Assembly: GCA_022646745.1 (NCBI GenBank)
Contig: CP060262.1
Location: 2,670,001-2,702,000, forward strand
Source of the DNA: Planctomycetales bacterium
Lineage (GTDB): Bacteria; 4484-113; JAFGCY01
Length of the DNA stretch: 32,000 bases
Direction: 5' to 3'
Shown here: piece by piece, positions 25,046-32,000 of the stretch
Layout of the letters: the number at the start of each line of letters is the position of its first letter
How positions within the stretch are numbered: the first letter of the stretch is position 1
Made by a program: the position numbers and the translations under genes
Notes under the pieces: model-generated
Database searches by the model: none
The model's input: the letters and a program-made list of their open reading frames with translations, nothing else
What the model was told of the DNA's origin: nothing

Positions 25046-25939
25046 TCAGTCGCCGACCTGCTGGTCGTCGAGGAAATCCAGCACCAGCTCGGTCAGCCAG
25101 TCGCCATCCCTGCCGACATCCGCATTCACTGTCCGGTGGGACTTGTCACCCGCTTCCCGGTTGAATGCGTAGCCGCCTGCTTTACGTAACGCATCCCCCA
25201 GACCCATGCTCTGTGATGCCCCGCCCGGCCGGTCCGTGTGCAGGATCAGGAAGGGCGGGTACTCGCCATCAGCCCTGACATGCAGAGTAGGGGAGGCATC
25301 AGCCCACTTGCTGCCATCCTCACCAAACGCCGTTGTCATCATCTCCCGCAGCTGCCTGCCGACAATCCCGGACAGCCTTGTCGGGATGTCATATCCGGCG
25401 CCGTCCAGGCAGGTCACCGATTCGATATTCGTTGGTGCCAGGCCATAGGGGGCCAGCCTGGCCTTGTCCGTGCCAAGCAGTGCAACCAGGTGCGCGCCGG
25501 CGCTGTGTCCCATGATGTTGATCCGCTGCGGGTCGCCGCCGTAGTGCTCAACGTTGTCAACCAGCCAGGCGAAGGCTGCAGCCACATCCTCGATATGGGC
25601 TGGATGCTCAACCGCCGGTGACAGGCGGTAGTTTACCGTGACATACACGAACCCTTCCCTGCAGAAGAAAGCCGGCTTGACGGTTCCGATGCCTGGGTTG
25701 CCCTTGTCACCGATAGCCCAGCCGCCGCCATGCACCATCATCACAACGGGCAATCCCTTGGCGTCCTTTGGTGCATAGATATCAAGCTGCGTCAGCTTTG
25801 CAGCGCTCCCTGCGGCTTCCTTGTAACTGATGCCGCGGTTGATCTCCAGTTCGTCCTCACCGGGCTTGGCCAGGCTGGCCACGGCAAGCGCGAGGACCAG
25901 GCTGGCTGTCAGCAGCACGATCGTGATGGTTGTCTTCAT
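25046..25939 (-). CDS. secreted alpha/beta hydrolase (esterase/lipase-type)
   Basis: 297 aa. Signal peptide MKTTITIVLLTASLVLALAVASLA. Oxyanion motif MVHGGGW. Nucleophile elbow GHSAGA. Confidence 0.8.
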   Translation of the reverse strand: MKTTITIVLLTASLVLALAVASLAKPGEDELEINRGISYKEAAGSAAKLTQLDIYAPKDAKGLPVVMMVHGGGWAIGDKGNPGIGTVKPAFFCREGFVYVTVNYRLSPAVEHPAHIEDVAAAFAWLVDNVEHYGGDPQRINIMGHSAGAHLVALLGTDKARLAPYGLAPTNIESVTCLDGAGYDIPTRLSGIVGRQLREMMTTAFGEDGSKWADASPTLHVRADGEYPPFLILHTDRPGGASQSMGLGDALRKAGGYAFNREAGDKSHRTVNADVGRDGDWLTELVLDFLDDQQVGD

Positions 25940-26017
25940 GTTCCCTCTCCAGCTCCTGTTCAGTCTGTTCGATCACTTTCAGCGGCTGGCAGTTTCATCT
26001 GCATTAACATATTCCCT

Positions 26018-27211
26018 GTGGGACTGTCCCTCGCACGCAACCTGAAGCTCTATCCCTGGTACCTGTCACTTACTTGGGAAGGGCTCAGCAACGCAGTCTG
26101 GTACCTCTACCTGTTCAGCTTCAAGGGCTTGAGCCTCGGGGAAATGGCCTGGCTCGTATTGCTCGGTGATGGGGTGACGGTCATTTCAGAAGTGCCGACG
26201 GGCTGGATTGCTGACCGTATCGGTCGCCGCCGCAGCATCCTGCTTGGCATCATCCTTCAGGCACTCAGTGCAGTGCTGTTCATCTTCGGAAATGACTTCT
26301 GGACATTCTGGCTGGCAATGGCCGTCTGCGGACTGGGAGACACATTTCGCAGCGGGGCTGATGAGGCCTTGTTGTATGACAGTTGCCGTGGGCTAAACCG
26401 GGTGCCTGACTACCGCCGGCTGCTGTCCCGCTCAATGGCGATTGCCACCGTAGCGATGGTAGCAGGGCAGATACTCGGTGGAATGATGGCAACCCGCATA
26501 AGCTGGACCCTGCCGTTCTGGTGTGAATTGGCCGTCAGCACGGCAGGGTTCCTGGTTGTGCTTTCCATGCTGGAAGCACCGCACACTGATGATGTGGATG
26601 ATGAAGAAGGGCCCGGTAGCCGCGTCAGCCTGTTACCCTCTCTGCTGCGCCTGCTACCGCTGTTCATTTTTGCAGCGAGCATCGAGCTTGCACCTGAGCT
26701 TTCGCATTTTCACTTCCCTGCAGAACTCGAACAGGCGATCGGCCTGACGCCTGAGCAGCTCGGCTTCATGTACGCAGGCTTCGAACTGCTGCAGGGACTT
26801 GGCAACTGGCTGGCTGGTCATGTCAGTTTCCGTCGACCGCTGATGGTTCTCGCTGGCAGCAGCATTGCAATGCTGGCTGGCCTGCTGTTGCTGGGAACGC
26901 GGTCCTGGGCCGGTTTGGCCGTCTTCATCGTGGGCCGCGCGCTGATCGACCTGATGACGGGACTGGCGGCTCCACTGATCAGCGAGGAAGCGAACAGGCT
27001 GACCGGATCGGCCAACCGGGCCACCGTGCTGAGCATCCTCAATGCTGCAAGCAGGTTGCTGCCATTGTCAGTCCTGCCGCTCAGTGCAAGCCTGATTGCA
27101 GCATCTGGCCCGACGAAGATGTATGCAGTCTTCGCCGGGGCCATGTTGCTTCCCATTGTCATCAGTTTGTTGTGGATGTTCTCACTGGAGCGCCGTCAGG
27201 CACAGGCCTAA
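26018..27211 (+). CDS. MFS transporter
   Basis: MFS motif A is GWIADRIGRRRS. Multiple hydrophobic helices run throughout. The track ORF start at 25730 overlaps the esterase gene. There is no ATG before the first TM segments, so I propose GTG 26018; the start is uncertain. Confidence 0.7.
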   Translation: MGLSLARNLKLYPWYLSLTWEGLSNAVWYLYLFSFKGLSLGEMAWLVLLGDGVTVISEVPTGWIADRIGRRRSILLGIILQALSAVLFIFGNDFWTFWLAMAVCGLGDTFRSGADEALLYDSCRGLNRVPDYRRLLSRSMAIATVAMVAGQILGGMMATRISWTLPFWCELAVSTAGFLVVLSMLEAPHTDDVDDEEGPGSRVSLLPSLLRLLPLFIFAASIELAPELSHFHFPAELEQAIGLTPEQLGFMYAGFELLQGLGNWLAGHVSFRRPLMVLAGSSIAMLAGLLLLGTRSWAGLAVFIVGRALIDLMTGLAAPLISEEANRLTGSANRATVLSILNAASRLLPLSVLPLSASLIAASGPTKMYAVFAGAMLLPIVISLLWMFSLERRQAQA

Positions 27212-28401
27212 TTGGACAGGCGGCCGATGAAGGCCCCGAATTCATAGCGATCGGGGTCAATCAGGCGCGGAGCCATGTTCACCTTGCTCGTGAACAGCCA
27301 GTCCGCCAGCACATCAGAATCGGATCCACTCAGGCTGCCTGGCGTGAAGCCGGCTCTTATCAGCTGGATACCCATGCCGTCCAGGTGCGGCTGCGCATTG
27401 GCCTCCGGCTGCCCTGTGGCGATTGCCTGGGGAATGCCGACCATGCTTTCATATGCATGCATGAAGGCCGCGAGCCTGTCCTGCTGTCCTTCGGCTGGAC
27501 GGCGCAGTTCGCGCAGCAGCAACACACCGTCACTTGTGAGCAGTGCATGCAGCTGGCCGAGGTAAGTTCCGGCATCTGCCTGATTGCGCAGGCCGCAATT
27601 GACAATCACGAGGTCGAAGCGGTTTCCGCTTCCCTCCGGCGGATTGCCGGTTTCATCGAAGCTGAGGTTGTGAGCGTTATTGCGCAGCTGCAGCTTGCGA
27701 GCCATGCGGATCGCCGCGGGATTACGGTCATAGCCGATGAAGCGGCTGCGCGGATAACGCCGGGCCAGATGTGCCAGCAGCTGGCCGCTGCCACAGTCCG
27801 GCTGCAGCACCATTGCTCCAATCTCCAGTTTCCGCTTCATTCCGGGCGCGAGGGAAAGGACCTCTTCCAGTGCTACGCAGGCAGCTTCCTGTTCTATGCC
27901 ATCCTCGATCTCCAGCTGGCGCTGGTATTCGCGTGGATGGACTCCGCAGCGGTGGGCCATTGAATCACTCACGAGGCCCTCTACATTGCCAAACAGGCCG
28001 ATGTACTGTGACAGCGCCGCGGCACTGCTCCCCGTAGCGCTGCCAAGCAGGGCATCAATCCCGTATCCGGGAATTGAATAACGGCCACTCTCGCCGTCGC
28101 GGCTGACAATCCCGGCGCTGCTCATGCAGTCCAGCCAGCTTGTCAGTTGCCTCTCTCCCAGTCCGCAGCTGGTCGAAAGGTCCTCGGCGGTGGCACTGCC
28201 CATTTCCGCCAGCAGGGCAAACAGGCCGCGCCGGTGCCCGATTGAGACCAGCACCGCAGTGGCGGCCTCACTGAGCATGCTGTGCATGCGGTCCTGGAAC
28301 AACAGGCTGCGCACGTCAGCCTCCGATTGGGTCATAGTGGTAGGCATAGCTGTATCCATGGGTGGTGGCGGGCCGGAACCAGCCGGCCCGCCCCGGAGCA
28401 T
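27208..28401 (-). CDS. wHTH + class I SAM-dependent methyltransferase (divergent paralog of the upstream gene)
   Basis: 397 aa. The N-terminal LVSIGHRRGLFALLAEMGSATAEDLSTSCGLGERQLTSWLDCMSSAGIV is a winged-helix/dimerisation domain. SAM motif I is VLQPDCGSGQL. The ATG overlaps the stop of the upstream gene (ATGA). Confidence 0.75.
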   Translation of the reverse strand: MLRGGPAGSGPPPPMDTAMPTTMTQSEADVRSLLFQDRMHSMLSEAATAVLVSIGHRRGLFALLAEMGSATAEDLSTSCGLGERQLTSWLDCMSSAGIVSRDGESGRYSIPGYGIDALLGSATGSSAAALSQYIGLFGNVEGLVSDSMAHRCGVHPREYQRQLEIEDGIEQEAACVALEEVLSLAPGMKRKLEIGAMVLQPDCGSGQLLAHLARRYPRSRFIGYDRNPAAIRMARKLQLRNNAHNLSFDETGNPPEGSGNRFDLVIVNCGLRNQADAGTYLGQLHALLTSDGVLLLRELRRPAEGQQDRLAAFMHAYESMVGIPQAIATGQPEANAQPHLDGMGIQLIRAGFTPGSLSGSDSDVLADWLFTSKVNMAPRLIDPDRYEFGAFIGRLSN

Positions 28402-29477
28402 CAGACATTCATGATGTAGTAGTAGTTGAACGGGTCGTGGGCCAGTTCCTTGGTCTCTAGCGTGCTGAACCCGGCCTCGCCGACCATCCGCTCCGCGAGC
28501 TCACGGCCCCAGCAGGTACCGAGGCCAGCGCCGCCGTTGGCGAGTGATACCGTCATGCAGTGCGTGGTGGAGACCGTGTACAGGAAGGTGCCGACGAAGT
28601 GGTCCTTGTTGTCATGCAGGTGGCTGCAGGCCTTGATGTCCTGCATCAGGTACACACCACCATCCTTCAGTGCACGGCGCACGTTCTTGAGAACCCGGGC
28701 CGGATCAGCCTGGTCATGGATCACGTCGAAGGCGGTGACGAGGTCGAACTTGGCAAGCTCATCCCAGGCTGCGATATCCTGCACCTTGAAGTTGATGTTC
28801 GTCAGGCCCTTGCTCCTGGCAAGCTCGATCGCGGCCTCGACAGCGGGAGCCTCGAAGTCATAACCGGCGAAGGTGCTGTTCGGGTACATCTCAGCCATGC
28901 GGATGGCAGCGTGGCCGCTGCCGCAACCGATGTCAACGCAGTTGATGCCGGCACTGAGGCGCTCATGCAGGCCCTCAACAGCGGGAATGATGCTGTCCTT
29001 CAAGCCAGCCAGCACGGTCTGGTCGCTGAAGTCCGCCATCACGGGATGGAAGCGCTCGAACTCGCTGTAGGGCACGCCGCCACCGTTACGGAAGGCATCC
29101 ACCAGCGGGGTCTCGACGCCGCCCATCACAGGGATGAACTGCATCACAGTCGCCACATTGTGGGCACCAGCCTTGCTGGTGATCACGGCTGCATGCTCAG
29201 CCGGCAGGTGGTAACGGTTGGTATCCCGGTCGAATTCGACAACGCCGCCGGTCACCATCGCGCCAAGCCACTCACGGACGTAACGCTCATTGAGCCCGCC
29301 CTGCTCGGCGATCTCGTGGGTGGTGGCCCAGTCAAGCTGGGTCAGGGTCTCAAGAGCACCGGTACGGTGGCCCAGGGAAATCATCAGGGCCAGGCTGGCA
29401 TCGTTGACAATTCCGACCATGCGACCGCCGAAGGCCTCGGCACGCGACGCGTCAAACTGCTTCTGCATAACAGACAT
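28401..29477 (-). CDS. Rv2258c-like wHTH + class I SAM-dependent methyltransferase
   Basis: ATG at 29477 (MSVMQKQF) is preceded by GAGGTGAT. Contains ISLGHRTGALETL, GLNERYVREWLGAMVTGGVVEF, SAM motif I VDIGCGSGH and FDVIHDQADPARVL. These closely resemble my memory of M. tuberculosis Rv2258c. Confidence 0.8.
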   Translation of the reverse strand: MSVMQKQFDASRAEAFGGRMVGIVNDASLALMISLGHRTGALETLTQLDWATTHEIAEQGGLNERYVREWLGAMVTGGVVEFDRDTNRYHLPAEHAAVITSKAGAHNVATVMQFIPVMGGVETPLVDAFRNGGGVPYSEFERFHPVMADFSDQTVLAGLKDSIIPAVEGLHERLSAGINCVDIGCGSGHAAIRMAEMYPNSTFAGYDFEAPAVEAAIELARSKGLTNINFKVQDIAAWDELAKFDLVTAFDVIHDQADPARVLKNVRRALKDGGVYLMQDIKACSHLHDNKDHFVGTFLYTVSTTHCMTVSLANGGAGLGTCWGRELAERMVGEAGFSTLETKELAHDPFNYYYIMNV

Positions 29478-29573
29478 TTCAATCACCTCGTAGAGCTTTA
29501 CCGGGCTATCCTGGCAACTGCGGATTTGGCAATTCCCTGCCCGACGCCGGAATAATATCCAGAAAATCCGGCT

Positions 29574-30920
29574 TTGTCCCGCATTTTCAGCGCTGCATGC
29601 GGGACATGTGGGGACATTAAGCCTGTCCCCGCAGCACTGTATACTCAAGCTATCGCCCGCAAGAAGACAGTACTGGTCAATGCTGAGGCCCTGCGCAAGG
29701 TGCTTGATGAGAAGGAAATCAAGCAGTGGTGGCTCGCGCGCAGGATCGGGGTCGACCGCAAGTCGATCACGCGCTGGGTCAACGGCCAGACGCAGCGGAT
29801 CAGTGAAGACAACATCAAGTCATTGGCCGCTGAACTGGATTGCAGCATCGAGCAGCTGACCGTGCATGACTCACTGGAAGCACTTGGTTCACGTGAGGAC
29901 CGCTGGAACGCCGCCCGCCGCCTGCAGGACAGCAACCTGACAGAAATGGTCGGCCCGAGCTACAGCTGGGAGCTTGCTGAATCATTGATCCGCAGCACAA
30001 TCGATCCGGAAATGCCACTGGACCTGCAGGCCGCTCTGTACATGCAGCTGGCGGTATGCGGCATCTACATGCACAAACATGAAATGGTGCGCAGCACTGC
30101 AGAGATCGCCCTGCGCAAGGCCACGGAGTACGGCGACGAAACGCTGGCCCTGCGGGCGGAGACCATGCTTGGAAACGAAGCACTGATGATTGGCGAACTG
30201 ACAAGGGCAGTCGGCTTCTATGACAAGGCAATCCAGAGCCGGGACAAGTTTGCCAAGCCATCCAAGCTGGCAGGTACCCTGAGTAATTACGCCATGGCCC
30301 TGCACATGCGCGGGGATTACCTTGAAGCGCTTGCCATGTTTGATGAGGCGGTGTCGGTCTGGCAGGAGGCCGAACCGGTGATCAGCATGACTACGGCATG
30401 GTTCCTCAAGGCGCGCCTGCATTCGGAATTGATGATGCTGGATGAGGCCTATGAGGCCATTGAGCACTGCCGGGAAGTCTGCAGGCAGATTTCCTTCCGC
30501 AAGAGTGCAAACATGTGCATCGCGATCAGTGCTGATCTCAGCAGCATGCAGGACAGACATGAGGAAGCTGTGGCCATGGTGCGGGAAGCGCAGGTTGCAT
30601 TTGAAGAGACTCCCAATGTCAGCCCCGAATCCAATGAATGCCTGATCCGGGTGCTCCGCAGGGCAGGACATGTAGAGGAGTCCCGCGCGAGCCTTGAGGA
30701 ACTGATGGCGAGGAACATCGATGACCGGTATTCCATCGCACGTCTTTATGTTGAGATGGCCCGCCACCTGATGCTGGATGGAAATGAGGGGGCAGCATGG
30801 GACTGTGTGGAAAAGGCCAATGAGCTGTACACCGATATCGGTGCACCGAAAAGGGTTATGAAGGAACTGCCAGGCGAGAGTTACATAGACTTCCACAGCC
30901 TGCAGAACCAGTCCAGTTGA
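29574..30920 (+). CDS. XRE-family HTH + TPR-like repeat transcriptional regulator
   Basis: The HTH is KQWWLARRIGVDRKSITRWVNGQTQRISEDNIKSLAAELDCSIEQL. The remaining ~330 aa are helical repeats. The track start (TTG 29574) lies inside the operator array. Alignment to the downstream paralog (MQRQTVLLNNEAL against ARKKTVLVNAEAL) suggests a later non-ATG start near 29640-29660. Confidence 0.75.
   Translation: MSRIFSAACGTCGDIKPVPAALYTQAIARKKTVLVNAEALRKVLDEKEIKQWWLARRIGVDRKSITRWVNGQTQRISEDNIKSLAAELDCSIEQLTVHDSLEALGSREDRWNAARRLQDSNLTEMVGPSYSWELAESLIRSTIDPEMPLDLQAALYMQLAVCGIYMHKHEMVRSTAEIALRKATEYGDETLALRAETMLGNEALMIGELTRAVGFYDKAIQSRDKFAKPSKLAGTLSNYAMALHMRGDYLEALAMFDEAVSVWQEAEPVISMTTAWFLKARLHSELMMLDEAYEAIEHCREVCRQISFRKSANMCIAISADLSSMQDRHEEAVAMVREAQVAFEETPNVSPESNECLIRVLRRAGHVEESRASLEELMARNIDDRYSIARLYVEMARHLMLDGNEGAAWDCVEKANELYTDIGAPKRVMKELPGESYIDFHSLQNQSS
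29575..29633. promoter_or_regulatory. four-box operator array (two inverted repeats of TGTCCC(C)GCA)
   Basis: TGTCCCGCAT (29575-29584) and its exact reverse complement ATGCGGGACA (29597-29606) are separated by 12 nt. TGTGGGGACA (29607-29616) and TGTCCCCGCA (29624-29633) are separated by 7 nt and match as reverse complements at 9 of 10 positions. The array lies between the divergent methyltransferase and regulator genes. Confidence 0.6.
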
Positions 30921-30957
30921 TCCAACTGGATAAACGTCACTGATAAAATCTTCCAGC

Positions 30958-32000
30958 ATGCAGCGCCAGACGGTATTGCTCAACAATGAAGCACTTTCCC
31001 GCATTATTGCTGAGCGGGAGGTCAAGCAGTGGCTGCTTGCCCGGCGCATTGGCGTTGACCGCAAGACCATCACGCGCTGGATCACCGGAAAGACCCAACG
31101 CATCAGTCGCGACAACATCACCCGCCTCGCTGAAGTGCTGGAGTGCAGTATCGAGGCACTGACGGTGAAGGACACCCTGGAGGCCCTGGGGACCAGGGAG
31201 GATCGCTGGGCTGCAGCGCGGCAGCTTCGTGACAATGACCTGGTGAACATGGTCGGGTCCAGCTATAACTGGGACCTCGCCGAATCCCTGATCCGCAGCA
31301 CGATTGATGTGGAAATGCCAGCCGACCTGCAGGCCTCGCTTTATATAAAACTGGCTCGCTGCGGAATGTATTCCCATAAACCTGAACTGGTAAAGAGCAG
31401 CGCGGAGATTGCGCTAAGCCGTGCAACGGATGCAGGTGATGAATCCCTCATCCTGTATGCCAAGCAACTGCTGGGTACCTATTACCTGATGGTCGGCAAC
31501 ATGGGTGAAGTCATCAGTCGCTATACCGAAGTGCTTAAGGGACGGGAGCATTTCGACAGCGAAACCAGACTTGCTTCAATACTCTGCAATTTCGGGCTGG
31601 CACTATGGTCCATCGCTGAATTCGCCAGGGCAAAGGCCGCCTTCGATGAAGCGATGCCGCTCTGGGAACGGAATGATCCGGTAGTGAGCACAACGACTGC
31701 ATGGTGGCTACGCGCCAAGCTCTACGTAGAACTTTCCATGGTTGACGAGTGCCTGTCTGACATAGTACGTTGTGAGGCAGTTTCGCAGCAGATTAACTAC
31801 GCGAAGTGTTCCAACACGTGTGTGGCCATCAGGGCTGAACTGGCCAGCATTGCGGGTGAGCATGTAAAGGCACTTGAACTTGCTGATGAAGCAAACCGGG
31901 TCTTCAGGGATACTCCGACGGTCAATCCTGCTTCTCTGGAAAGCATTGCCAGGGTCTGGCGCAGGGCGGGTCGTGTTGAGCAGGCGCTGGAGGAGATCAA
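30958..32000 (+). CDS. XRE-family HTH + TPR-like regulator, tandem paralog (3' end outside the window)
   Basis: The ORF opens at ATG 30958 and stays open to the window end (not in the track). It encodes MQRQTVLLNNEALSRIIAEREVKQWLLARRIGVDRKTITRWITGKTQRISRDNITRLAEVLECSIEALTV..., collinear with the preceding gene. Confidence 0.75.
   Translation, partial: MQRQTVLLNNEALSRIIAEREVKQWLLARRIGVDRKTITRWITGKTQRISRDNITRLAEVLECSIEALTVKDTLEALGTREDRWAAARQLRDNDLVNMVGSSYNWDLAESLIRSTIDVEMPADLQASLYIKLARCGMYSHKPELVKSSAEIALSRATDAGDESLILYAKQLLGTYYLMVGNMGEVISRYTEVLKGREHFDSETRLASILCNFGLALWSIAEFARAKAAFDEAMPLWERNDPVVSTTTAWWLRAKLYVELSMVDECLSDIVRCEAVSQQINYAKCSNTCVAIRAELASIAGEHVKALELADEANRVFRDTPTVNPASLESIARVWRRAGRVEQALEEI

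Noticed and set aside
1-32000. Mobile elements, CRISPR arrays, prophage or defence islands.
   Set aside because: I found no transposase, integrase, recombinase, Cas, restriction or toxin-like ORF, no short regularly spaced repeats, and no terminal inverted repeats. The two methyltransferases have small-molecule-type wHTH N-termini and lack a partner endonuclease.

Overview
This is a bacterial chromosome segment, apparently from a diderm (lipobox lipoproteins, outer-membrane barrel). G+C is about 55-62% by eye, with visibly AT-richer patches. No rRNA, tRNA, CRISPR, transposase or integrase was seen. All calls rest on reading the sequence and ORF translations and on remembered family motifs; no search was run.

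Block 1 (1-16.36 kb, all + strand) is the unusual part. It holds a sigma70-like promoter, a lipoprotein and a YjbH/GfcD-family outer-membrane barrel protein. Nine tandem paralogous lipoproteins follow: 7 full length (402-427 aa) and 2 truncated (about 140 aa). The full-length members have three modules: a PKD-like module (W-x-F-G-G-[GA]-A), a cadherin-like module (SD-x-DGD-x-L-x-F), and a strongly conserved C-terminal module of about 180 aa ending ...H-x-YNTIVVE. Two neighbouring members share a 531-bp near-identical 3' segment. The last member has its own promoter, a consensus SD and visibly optimised codons. It is followed by a 1035-aa lipoprotein with a dockerin-like double EF-hand and a strong terminator. 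I propose, as inference only, a surface lipoprotein display system: barrel plus lipoprotein array, possibly with cohesin/dockerin-type pairing.

Block 2 (16.36-24.2 kb) is a tightly coupled arginine operon, argG-X-argC-argF'-argB-argE-argH. It is of the acyl-citrulline type, and ArgF' carries the Pro that I recall marks succinylornithine specificity. An uncharacterised P-loop protein X is embedded in it. Upstream lie a promoter, a palindrome and a 26-codon leader ORF with 9 Arg codons followed by a terminator, which is a candidate arginine attenuator.

Block 3 (24.2-32 kb) contains a secreted esterase and an archaemetzincin-like peptidase (- strand), an MFS transporter, and two translationally coupled Rv2258c-like wHTH-methyltransferases (- strand). 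These diverge from two tandem XRE-HTH + TPR regulators, with a four-box TGTCCC(C)GCA operator array in between.
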